Shown: in pieces, positions 7,797-13,451 of the stretch | How the letters are laid out: every line of letters starts with the position of its first letter | Numbering within the stretch: position 1 is the first letter of the stretch | Source of the DNA: a virus | Taxonomy: Duplodnaviria > Heunggongvirae > Uroviricota > Caudoviricetes | Length of the DNA: 13,451 nt | IMG/VR virus record: IMGVR_UViG_2695420471_000009 | Reading direction: 5' to 3' (one strand) | The notes under the pieces: generated by a model | Databases searched by the model: none | Told to the model about the DNA's origin: nothing | Seen by the model: only the letters and a program-made list of their open reading frames with translations | Made by a program: the position numbers and the translations under genes

Positions 7797-7827
7797 GGCT
7801 GGTGGGTGTTAGGGGCACCCACCAGCC
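7797..7827. repeat. Perfect 12-bp inverted repeat (GGCTGGTGGGTG / CACCCACCAGCC) with 7-nt loop, upstream of the methyltransferase
   Basis: Seen directly; no T-run follows, so it is not a classic terminator. The second repeat copy begins inside this loop, right after the N run. Confidence 0.5.
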
Positions 7828-7919
7828 ATCTGCTCATGCGTTGGGTTCACAAGCAAACCTCAGGCCCACTGCTTTGCGCAAAAGCAGAATGAGCCTATCA
7901 GAGACAGGCTTAATGATCC

Positions 7920-8978
7920 ATGCTTAATACTGTAAAAATATCCAGTTGTGAGTTAATCAACGCCGACTGCCTGGAATTTATCCGGTCGTTACCCGAAAAT
8001 TCTGTTGACCTGATAGTCACGGACCCGCCGTACTTTAAAGTGAAGCCTGAGGGCTGGGATAACCAGTGGAAGGGCGACGATGATTACCTGAAGTGGCTGG
8101 ACCAGTGTCTGGCGCAGTTCTGGCGGGTGCTGAAACCTGCCGGAAGTCTTTACCTGTTCTGTGGTCATCGCCTGGCATCTGATATCGAAATCATGATGCG
8201 TGAACGCTTCAGTGTGCTGAACCATATTATCTGGGCGAAGCCGTCCGGACGCTGGAACGGATGCAACAAGGAAAGCCTGCGGGCGTATTTCCCCGCCACA
8301 GAGCGCATTCTGTTCGCGGAACATTATCAGGGGCCGTATCGTCCGAAAGATGCCGGGTATGCGGCGAAGGGCAGTGCACTGAAACAGCATGTGATGGCCC
8401 CGCTGATTTCTTACTTTCGTGATGCGCGAGCTGCCCTGGGGATAACGGCAAAACAGATTGCAGATGCCACAGGAAAGAAAAACATGGTGTCGCACTGGTT
8501 CAGTGCCGGTCAGTGGCAGTTGCCGAATGAAAGCGATTATCTGAAATTACAGGCGCTGTTTGCCCGGGTGGCAGAAGAGAAGCATCGGCGTGGTGAACTG
8601 GAAAAGCTCCACCACCAGCTGGTGGATACGTATACCTCACTGAACCGGCAGTATGCGGAGCTGCTGAGTGAATATAAACATCTGCGGCGGTATTTTGGCG
8701 TGACGGTGCAGGTGCCGTATACCGATGTGTGGACGCATAAACCGGTGCAGTTCTATCCCGGGAAACATCCGTGCGAAAAACCGGCAGAAATGCTGCAGCA
8801 GATAATCAGCGCTAGCAGTCGTCCGGGTGACCTGATTGCAGATTTTTTCATGGGGTTGGGTTCGACAGTGAAAGCGGCACTGGCGCTCGGGCGTCGTGCA
8901 ATTGGCGTTGAGCTGGAGACTGAACGTTTTGAGCAGACGGTTCGGGAAGTACAGGATTTAGTCAGCCAGAACGGATGA
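7920..8978 (+). CDS. DNA methyltransferase, beta-class N6-adenine/N4-cytosine type (copy 1)
   Basis: DPPY catalytic motif (TDPPYF) near the N-terminus and AdoMet motif FxGxGS (DFFMGLGST) near the C-terminus. This motif order defines the beta class. No restriction endonuclease gene is adjacent. Confidence 0.85.
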   Translation: MLNTVKISSCELINADCLEFIRSLPENSVDLIVTDPPYFKVKPEGWDNQWKGDDDYLKWLDQCLAQFWRVLKPAGSLYLFCGHRLASDIEIMMRERFSVLNHIIWAKPSGRWNGCNKESLRAYFPATERILFAEHYQGPYRPKDAGYAAKGSALKQHVMAPLISYFRDARAALGITAKQIADATGKKNMVSHWFSAGQWQLPNESDYLKLQALFARVAEEKHRRGELEKLHHQLVDTYTSLNRQYAELLSEYKHLRRYFGVTVQVPYTDVWTHKPVQFYPGKHPCEKPAEMLQQIISASSRPGDLIADFFMGLGSTVKAALALGRRAIGVELETERFEQTVREVQDLVSQNG

Positions 8979-9018
8979 TATTGAAGAATTAATTACGCGT
9001 CGTTATTATGCGGCTCCC

Positions 9019-9094
9019 GGCCCTTTAGCTCAGTGGTGAGAGCGAGCGACTCATAATCGCCAGGTCGCTGGTTCAAATCCAGCAAGGGCCACCA
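9019..9094 (+). tRNA. ileZ: tRNA with CAU anticodon (Met or lysidine-Ile2), ileZ-like
   Basis: Cloverleaf: acceptor GGCCCTT / AAGGGCC, D-arm GCTC...GAGC, anticodon loop CTCATAA, T-arm GCTGG TTCAAAT CCAGC, then A-CCA. Confidence 0.8.
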
Positions 9095-9101
9095 TCACAT
9101 A

Positions 9102-9178
9102 CCGCCATTAGCTCATCAGGAAAGAGCGCCAGCCTTCGAAGCTGGCTGCGCGGGGTTCAAGTCCCCGATGGCGGTCCA
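9102..9178 (+). tRNA. argN: tRNA-Arg (anticodon UCG), argN-like
   Basis: Acceptor CCGCCAT / ATGGCGG, anticodon arm CCAGC CTTCGAA GCTGG, T-arm CGGGG TTCAAGT CCCCG, then CCA. Confidence 0.75.
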
Positions 9179-9191
9179 TTATCTGCATCAT

Positions 9192-9268
9192 GCGTTGTTA
9201 GCTCAGCCGGACAGAGCAATTGCCTTCTAAGCAATCGGTCACTGGTTCGAATCCAGTACAACGCGCCA
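9192..9268 (+). tRNA. argO: tRNA-Arg (anticodon UCU), argO-like
   Basis: Acceptor GCGTTGT / ACAACGC, anticodon arm ATTGC CTTCTAA GCAAT, T-arm ACTGG TTCGAAT CCAGT, then G-CCA. Confidence 0.8.
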
Positions 9269-9282
9269 CACTTATTTTCCCT

Positions 9283-9308
9283 GGCTCGCTTTTGCGGGCC
9301 TTTTTTTT
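9283..9308 (+). terminator. Intrinsic terminator after the tRNA triplet
   Basis: Stem GGCTCGC / GCGGGCC (one G-U pair) with loop TTTT, followed by eight T. Confidence 0.6.
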
Positions 9309-9314
9309 AAATGT

Positions 9315-9527
9315 CTCACAATTCAGACGGTTGACAGTTGTCTGTTTTGCGGGGAGTTTGTTAAAAGAAACTGGCATGGTGAATCCCCCTGTGCGGAGGG
9401 GCAATCAGCGAGTAGGTATATGGGATAATCGCGGATTCAGGTGCTGGTACTGAATTCACCGGGAGGCACCCGGCATCATGCAATGGCACATAGCGCCACT
9501 CTCCAGCCCTCTCCGGAGGGGCTTTTC
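9315..9527 (+). repeat. Conserved ~215-bp GC-rich structured element downstream of tRNAs (copy A)
   Basis: Three copies in the window, with TTGACA near the 5' end and a GC hairpin plus T-rich tail at the 3' end. Copy A has a weaker 3' hairpin and is followed by the N junction at 9546. Confidence 0.5.
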
Positions 9528-9546
9528 TGTGCCGGATACATCACAG

Positions 9547-9607
9547 TTTCTGGAANCGGTTTGATATTGAAGAAGCATGGGCTGAGCGGCAGTTAAAAAA
9601 GGTAACT
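9547..9607 (+). pseudogene. 3' fragment of a third-allele Q-like gene, beginning at the N junction
   Basis: Encodes ...FDIEEAWAERQLKKVTR. A 7-bp deletion relative to 7341-7350 removes the TAA stop. Confidence 0.5.
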
Positions 9608-9610
9608 AGG

Positions 9611-9638
9611 TTGATTTTTCCGGAATCTGTGGTAAATT
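9611..9638 (+). promoter_or_regulatory. pR'-like late promoter (second copy), pause element variant AACTAT
   Basis: TTGATT, 16-nt spacer, TAAATT. Pause hexamer at 9645-9650 reads AACTAT instead of AACGAT. Confidence 0.55.
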
Positions 9639-9686
9639 CGTCATAACTATGGGCGTTTTATGCCTGACGTTAGAAGAGTTTCTACA

Positions 9687-9710
9687 ACCCGCCGCCGAGC
9701 GGGTTTTTTA
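9687..9710 (+). terminator. tR'-like terminator (second copy)
   Basis: Same CCCGC / GCGGG hairpin and T6 tract as at 7429. Confidence 0.6.
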
Positions 9711-9748
9711 TTGCGGAATTAATTACGGACCGTTATTATTCTGCTCCC

Positions 9749-9824
9749 GGCCCTTTAGCTCAGTGGTGAGAGCGAGCGACTCATAATCGCCAGGTCGCTG
9801 GTTCAAATCCAGCAAGGGCCACCA
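9749..9824 (+). tRNA. ileZ: tRNA with CAU anticodon (ileZ-like), copy 2
   Basis: Identical to 9019..9094. Here it sits directly after tR' with no 65-aa ORF or methyltransferase in between, as in Stx-type phages. Confidence 0.8.
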
Positions 9825-9831
9825 TCACAAA

Positions 9832-9911
9832 CCGCCATTAGCTTATCAGGAAGAGCAGACGACACGATAACAGGGTTGTTGGTGCGGGGGCGGGTCCCCG
9901 ATGGCGGTCCA
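9832..9911 (+). pseudogene. Degenerate argN-like tRNA (anticodon arm replaced, non-canonical T-loop)
   Basis: Acceptor and D-arm match tRNA-Arg(UCG), but the region between D-arm and T-stem is unrelated and the T-loop lacks TTCRA. Confidence 0.5.
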
Positions 9912-9924
9912 TTATCGGTATTCA

Positions 9925-10001
9925 GCGTTGTTAGCTCAGCCGGACAGAGCAATTGCCTTCTAAGCAATCGGTCACTGGTTCGAATCCAGTACAGCGCGCC
10001 A
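9925..10001 (+). tRNA. argO: tRNA-Arg (anticodon UCU), argO-like, variant with G-U pair in acceptor stem
   Basis: Same as 9192..9268 except the 3' acceptor strand reads ACAGCGC (A to G change gives a T-G wobble). Confidence 0.7.
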
Positions 10002-10111
10002 TATTCATTCTTCCAGATTCCTTCCGGCAGAGCCTTATACTGAAATATACCTGGCTCAGGATATTGTTGAAAATATTTTATGTTTGTCAAAAATAAAAGT
10101 TCTGTTAAGTA

Positions 10112-10465
10112 TTGATTGAGTGTTTGTTATACGGTCTAATGGTTTTTTCAGCATTAAATATTTATCATTCATATGGTGTGGGTAGAGTGAATATTGATGA
10201 GGCGTCGGGGTGTTTCATCCTTAGGCAGCGTATTGATATAGTCAATGCAGCACGAGCAAAGGCCTTCAGCCGTTTGACAGTTTTGTTCTGTACTCCTGAT
10301 CGTCTTTCGGGAAGAGACGTTATTATTCTGAATAGTGATGCTATACAGAGGGTTTGCGATGAGTTCATGGTTGCTAATTCAGAATTATTTGCTCTTGTTC
10401 AGGAGTACAACAGAATAGCCAGGACCTGTGGTATGGATGAACTTCGGATTACTCATCTGGGGTAG
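10112..10465 (+). CDS. Hypothetical protein in the variable insert downstream of argO (start uncertain)
   Basis: Track ORF starts at TTG; first ATG is 10139 with no clear SD. Lies in a unique 650-bp segment absent from the other two tRNA-downstream copies. No family recognised. Confidence 0.3.
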   Translation: MIECLLYGLMVFSALNIYHSYGVGRVNIDEASGCFILRQRIDIVNAARAKAFSRLTVLFCTPDRLSGRDVIILNSDAIQRVCDEFMVANSELFALVQEYNRIARTCGMDELRITHLG

Positions 10466-10668
10466 ATACATATCTGGATTATCACCTGTTACGGTAAAAA
10501 GTGATTGCTTACTGTTTTTGTGAATGGCATTGCAGCAGCCGGATAATGTCAGTGCTGGCTGACGGTGTGCTGGTGGCGGGTGTGGTGGTTGTTGCTTTCC
10601 CGTTGCTGAAAAAGAAAACGCCAGACTGTTAGCCGGGTATCAGTTAGCGGGAGAAATTTTTAAATACT

Positions 10669-10893
10669 TCACAATTCAGGCGGTTGACTGTTGTCTGGTT
10701 TGCGGGGAGTTTGTTAAAAGAAACTGGCATGGTGAATCCCCCTGTGCGGAGGGGCAATCAGCGAGTAGGTATATGGGATAATCGCGGATTCAGGTGCTGG
10801 TACTGAATTCACCGGGAGGCACCCGGCACCATGCAATGGCACATAGCGCCACTCTCCAGCCCCTCTCCGGAGGGGCTGTTTATATTGATTTTG
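10669..10893 (+). repeat. Conserved GC-rich structured element downstream of tRNAs (copy B, divergent)
   Basis: Homologous to 9315..9527 and 12450..12675 with scattered substitutions (TTGACT instead of TTGACA). Ends with a perfect 8-bp hairpin and T-rich tail. Confidence 0.5.
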
Positions 10894-10934
10894 TCAGATG
10901 TGAGTAAACTCCTTATGGACTAAAACAACAAAGT

Positions 10935-10944
10935 NNNNNNNNNN
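10935..10944. other. Assembly gap (10 N)
   Basis: Run of N. Both flanks end inside inverted-repeat hairpins. Confidence 0.95.
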
Positions 10945-11054
10945 TAGGGGCACCCACCAGCCATCTGCTCATGCGTTGGGTTCACAAGCAAACCTCAGGC
11001 CCACTGCTTTGCGCAAAAGCAGAATGAGCCTATCAGAGACAGGCTTAATGATCC

Positions 11055-12113
11055 ATGCTTAATACTGTAAAAATATCCAGTTGTGAGTTAATCAACGCCG
11101 ACTGCCTGGAATTTATCCGGTCGTTACCCGAAAATTCTGTTGACCTGATAGTCACGGACCCGCCGTACTTTAAAGTGAAGCCTGAGGGCTGGGATAACCA
11201 GTGGAAGGGCGACGATGATTACCTGAAGTGGCTGGACCAGTGTCTGGCGCAGTTCTGGCGGGTGCTGAAACCTGCCGGAAGTCTTTACCTGTTCTGTGGT
11301 CATCGCCTGGCATCTGATATCGAAATCATGATGCGTGAACGCTTCAGTGTGCTGAACCATATTATCTGGGCGAAGCCGTCCGGACGCTGGAACGGATGCA
11401 ACAAGGAAAGCCTGCGGGCGTATTTCCCCGCCACAGAGCGCATTCTGTTCGCGGAACATTATCAGGGGCCGTATCGTCCGAAAGATGCCGGGTATGCGGC
11501 GAAGGGCAGTGCACTGAAACAGCATGTGATGGCCCCGCTGATTTCTTACTTTCGTGATGCGCGAGCTGCCCTGGGGATAACGGCAAAACAGATTGCAGAT
11601 GCCACAGGAAAGAAAAACATGGTGTCGCACTGGTTCAGTGCCGGTCAGTGGCAGTTGCCGAATGAAAGCGATTATCTGAAATTACAGGCGCTGTTTGCCC
11701 GGGTGGCAGAAGAGAAGCATCGGCGTGGTGAACTGGAAAAGCTCCACCACCAGCTGGTGGATACGTATACCTCACTGAACCGGCAGTATGCGGAGCTGCT
11801 GAGTGAATATAAACATCTGCGGCGGTATTTTGGCGTGACGGTGCAGGTGCCGTATACCGATGTGTGGACGCATAAACCGGTGCAGTTCTATCCCGGGAAA
11901 CATCCGTGCGAAAAACCGGCAGAAATGCTGCAGCAGATAATCAGCGCTAGCAGTCGTCCGGGTGACCTGATTGCAGATTTTTTCATGGGGTTGGGTTCGA
12001 CAGTGAAAGCGGCACTGGCGCTCGGGCGTCGTGCAATTGGCGTTGAGCTGGAGACTGAACGTTTTGAGCAGACGGTTCGGGAAGTACAGGATTTAGTCAG
12101 CCAGAACGGATGA
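11055..12113 (+). CDS. DNA methyltransferase, beta-class (copy 2, identical to 7920..8978)
   Basis: Identical 352-aa translation. Part of a ~1.7-kb exact repeat (7810..9500 matches 10945..12635, offset 3135). Confidence 0.85.
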   Translation: MLNTVKISSCELINADCLEFIRSLPENSVDLIVTDPPYFKVKPEGWDNQWKGDDDYLKWLDQCLAQFWRVLKPAGSLYLFCGHRLASDIEIMMRERFSVLNHIIWAKPSGRWNGCNKESLRAYFPATERILFAEHYQGPYRPKDAGYAAKGSALKQHVMAPLISYFRDARAALGITAKQIADATGKKNMVSHWFSAGQWQLPNESDYLKLQALFARVAEEKHRRGELEKLHHQLVDTYTSLNRQYAELLSEYKHLRRYFGVTVQVPYTDVWTHKPVQFYPGKHPCEKPAEMLQQIISASSRPGDLIADFFMGLGSTVKAALALGRRAIGVELETERFEQTVREVQDLVSQNG

Positions 12114-12153
12114 TATTGAAGAATTAATTACGCGTCGTTATTATGCGGCTCCC

Positions 12154-12229
12154 GGCCCTTTAGCTCAGTGGTGAGAGCGAGCGACTCATAATCGCCAGGT
12201 CGCTGGTTCAAATCCAGCAAGGGCCACCA
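12154..12229 (+). tRNA. ileZ: tRNA with CAU anticodon (ileZ-like), copy 3
   Basis: Identical to 9019..9094. Confidence 0.8.
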
Positions 12230-12236
12230 TCACATA

Positions 12237-12313
12237 CCGCCATTAGCTCATCAGGAAAGAGCGCCAGCCTTCGAAGCTGGCTGCGCGGGGTTCAAGTCCC
12301 CGATGGCGGTCCA
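12237..12313 (+). tRNA. argN: tRNA-Arg (UCG), copy 3
   Basis: Identical to 9102..9178. Confidence 0.75.
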
Positions 12314-12326
12314 TTATCTGCATCAT

Positions 12327-12403
12327 GCGTTGTTAGCTCAGCCGGACAGAGCAATTGCCTTCTAAGCAATCGGTCACTGGTTCGAATCCAGTACAACGCG
12401 CCA
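12327..12403 (+). tRNA. argO: tRNA-Arg (UCU), copy 3
   Basis: Identical to 9192..9268. Confidence 0.8.
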
Positions 12404-12417
12404 CACTTATTTTCCCT

Positions 12418-12443
12418 GGCTCGCTTTTGCGGGCCTTTTTTTT
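12418..12443 (+). terminator. Intrinsic terminator after tRNA triplet (copy 3)
   Basis: Identical to 9283..9308. Confidence 0.6.
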
Positions 12444-12449
12444 AAATGT

Positions 12450-12675
12450 CTCACAATTCAGACGGTTGACAGTTGTCTGTTTTGCGGGGAGTTTGTTAAA
12501 AGAAACTGGCATGGTGAATCCCCCTGTGCGGAGGGGCAATCAGCGAGTAGGTATATGGGATAATCGCGGATTCAGGTGCTGGTACTGAATTCACCGGGAG
12601 GCACCCGGCACCATGCAATGGCACATAGCGCCACTCTCCAGCCCCTCTCCGGAGGGGCTGTTTATATTGATTTTG
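12450..12675 (+). repeat. Conserved GC-rich structured element downstream of tRNAs (copy C)
   Basis: TTGACA at 12466; 3' hairpin AGCCCCTC TCCG GAGGGGCT at 12640..12659 followed by a T-rich tail. Confidence 0.5.
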
Positions 12676-12691
12676 TCAGATGTGAGTAAAC

Positions 12692-12725
12692 TCCTTATGG
12701 ACTTTGTTGTTTTAGTCCATAAGGA
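12692..12725. repeat. Perfect 11-bp inverted repeat (TCCTTATGGAC / GTCCATAAGGA) with 12-nt loop
   Basis: Seen directly. Marks the boundary between the GC-rich element and the AT-rich island. Confidence 0.5.
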
Positions 12726-13030
12726 CATATTTGCAGAGTGCAACGGTTATTAAAGCATTCATTCAATACGTTATCTGTATTTGTAGGGCATTCCTGGCTA
12801 TTTTTGATTGAATTCCAGAATGTTTTATTGAATGGTACTACGTTGTAAATGGTTACAGGTAGCACTTTGTTATTGAGCATGATGCCTGTGTGAGTCAGTG
12901 TAAATATACTTTCAGGAGGTAAGAAAGCATCCGATTGATACCAGATTATTAATTTTATTTTACTCCATATGACTGAAAAAGATATTCCGCATGATGGCTG
13001 GATAACTGTATCAATCACAATCCACTTCAT
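12695..13030 (-). CDS. Hypothetical 111-aa protein on the reverse strand within an AT-rich island
   Basis: ATG at 13030 preceded by AAGGAA SD (5-nt spacer) and a TTTACA / TATACT promoter-like pair. A 111-codon open frame is unlikely by chance in DNA this AT-rich. No family recognised. Confidence 0.45.
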   Translation of the reverse strand: MKWIVIDTVIQPSCGISFSVIWSKIKLIIWYQSDAFLPPESIFTLTHTGIMLNNKVLPVTIYNVVPFNKTFWNSIKNSQECPTNTDNVLNECFNNRCTLQICPYGLKQQSP

Positions 13031-13290
13031 TTAGTTTCCTTGTTTATGCCTTGCTGGTGATGTTCTGAAAAGTATAAATGATATTTTTGAATGTAAACCA
13101 TAGAGCAGAATTATTTTTCTGATGTTGTTTATTGTTTATTTAAATGCAGGGTGGTTTATATCTCGTCTTGTAGTTTATCCATGCATATCTGCTTGATAAT
13201 CAGGTTTTTATTTAAGGTATGGTTTTGTGTTTTTTCTGTATTACATGTCAGGTATTTTAAAGAATTATTTTTCAGATGGTGGAAAGAACC

Positions 13291-13451
13291 ATGGCATTTA
13301 AACACTATGATGTTGTCAGGGCGGCGCCGCCGTCAGATCTTGCGGAAAAGCTGACACATAAACTGAAAGAGGGCTGGCAGCCGTTTGGTAGTCCGGTGGC
13401 CATAACCCCTTATACCCTGAGGTGTACTGGCAATAGCGGACACTACCATTT
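13291..13451 (+). CDS. Conserved prophage hypothetical protein, N-terminal part (continues beyond window)
   Basis: ATG at 13291; frame open to the window edge (MAFKHYDVVRAAPPSDLAEKLTHKLKEGWQPFGSPV...). GC content returns to the prophage-backbone level. Probably the first gene of the lysis-proximal late region. Confidence 0.55.
   Translation, partial: MAFKHYDVVRAAPPSDLAEKLTHKLKEGWQPFGSPVAITPYTLRCTGNSGHYH

Noticed and set aside
7745-7927. 60-aa ORF between the 65-aa gene and the methyltransferase
   Set aside because: It overlaps a terminator and two inverted repeats, has no RBS and a low-complexity sequence. Probably a chance frame in a regulatory region.
7989-8495. 168-aa and 74-aa minus-strand ORFs inside the methyltransferase gene (both repeat copies)
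   Set aside because: Antisense to a gene with clear catalytic motifs; compositionally biased (Arg/Pro/His rich).
9331-9360. TTGACA hexamer as a defined promoter for the post-tRNA element
   Set aside because: No convincing -10 hexamer at 16-18 nt spacing (best is GAGTTT), so I report the element as a candidate transcript without annotating a promoter.
9198-9453. ORFs overlapping the tRNA genes and post-tRNA element on both strands (also at 12333..12588 and 9803..10090)
   Set aside because: They run through tRNA cloverleaf sequences and are artefacts of the ORF scan.
9478-9530. Short ORF (MQWHIAPLSSP..., 30-46 codons) inside the post-tRNA element, with a GGGAGG about 11 nt upstream
   Set aside because: The frame runs through the terminator hairpin and its C-terminus differs completely between copies. 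More likely non-coding structure than a conserved peptide.
10908-10944. Hairpin CCTTATGGAC-TAAAACAACAAA whose loop is inverted relative to the copy at 12692..12725; could be taken for an invertible switch
   Set aside because: Reverse-complementing a hairpin keeps the arms and flips only the loop, and this copy ends directly at the 10-N gap. It is far more likely a contig-end artefact at an inverted repeat than a 12-bp biological inversion.
13151-13354. 67-aa plus-strand ORF in the AT-rich island overlapping the start of the terminal gene
   Set aside because: It is out of frame with the better-supported ATG at 13291, has a hydrophobic low-complexity translation and no SD. The 13291 frame is preferred.

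Overview
This window is the nin/Q late-regulatory region of an enterobacterial lambdoid prophage, with Escherichia-like synteny (hokD, rem-like, DUF968, rusA, Q-like antiterminator, pR'/tR', DNA methyltransferase, a Stx-phage-type tRNA triplet), but no stx genes are present. Reading left to right: three small paralogous nin-region ORFs, a Hok-family type I toxin with a mok-like leader frame, a rem-like ORF, a DUF968/HNH-like protein, RusA, and a Q-like gene fragment cut by a complete IS2. After IS2 the RusA/Q-like module recurs twice more as distinct alleles, followed by a lambda-type pR' promoter with an AACGAT pause element and a tR' terminator. Downstream are a 65-aa ORF, an orphan beta-class DNA methyltransferase (two identical copies) and three tRNA triplets (CAU, Arg-UCG, Arg-UCU), one with a degenerate middle tRNA. 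The most interesting unexplained material is a conserved ~220-bp structured element repeated after each tRNA triplet, a 650-bp variable insert with an ORF, and an AT-rich island with a reverse-strand 111-aa ORF at the position where Stx phages carry stx. Breakpoints between modules coincide with N bases (3319, 6219, 9546, 10935-10944), so the apparent tandem arrangement may be an assembly join of several similar prophages rather than real adjacency. All calls are from reading the sequence and ORF track; no database search was run.
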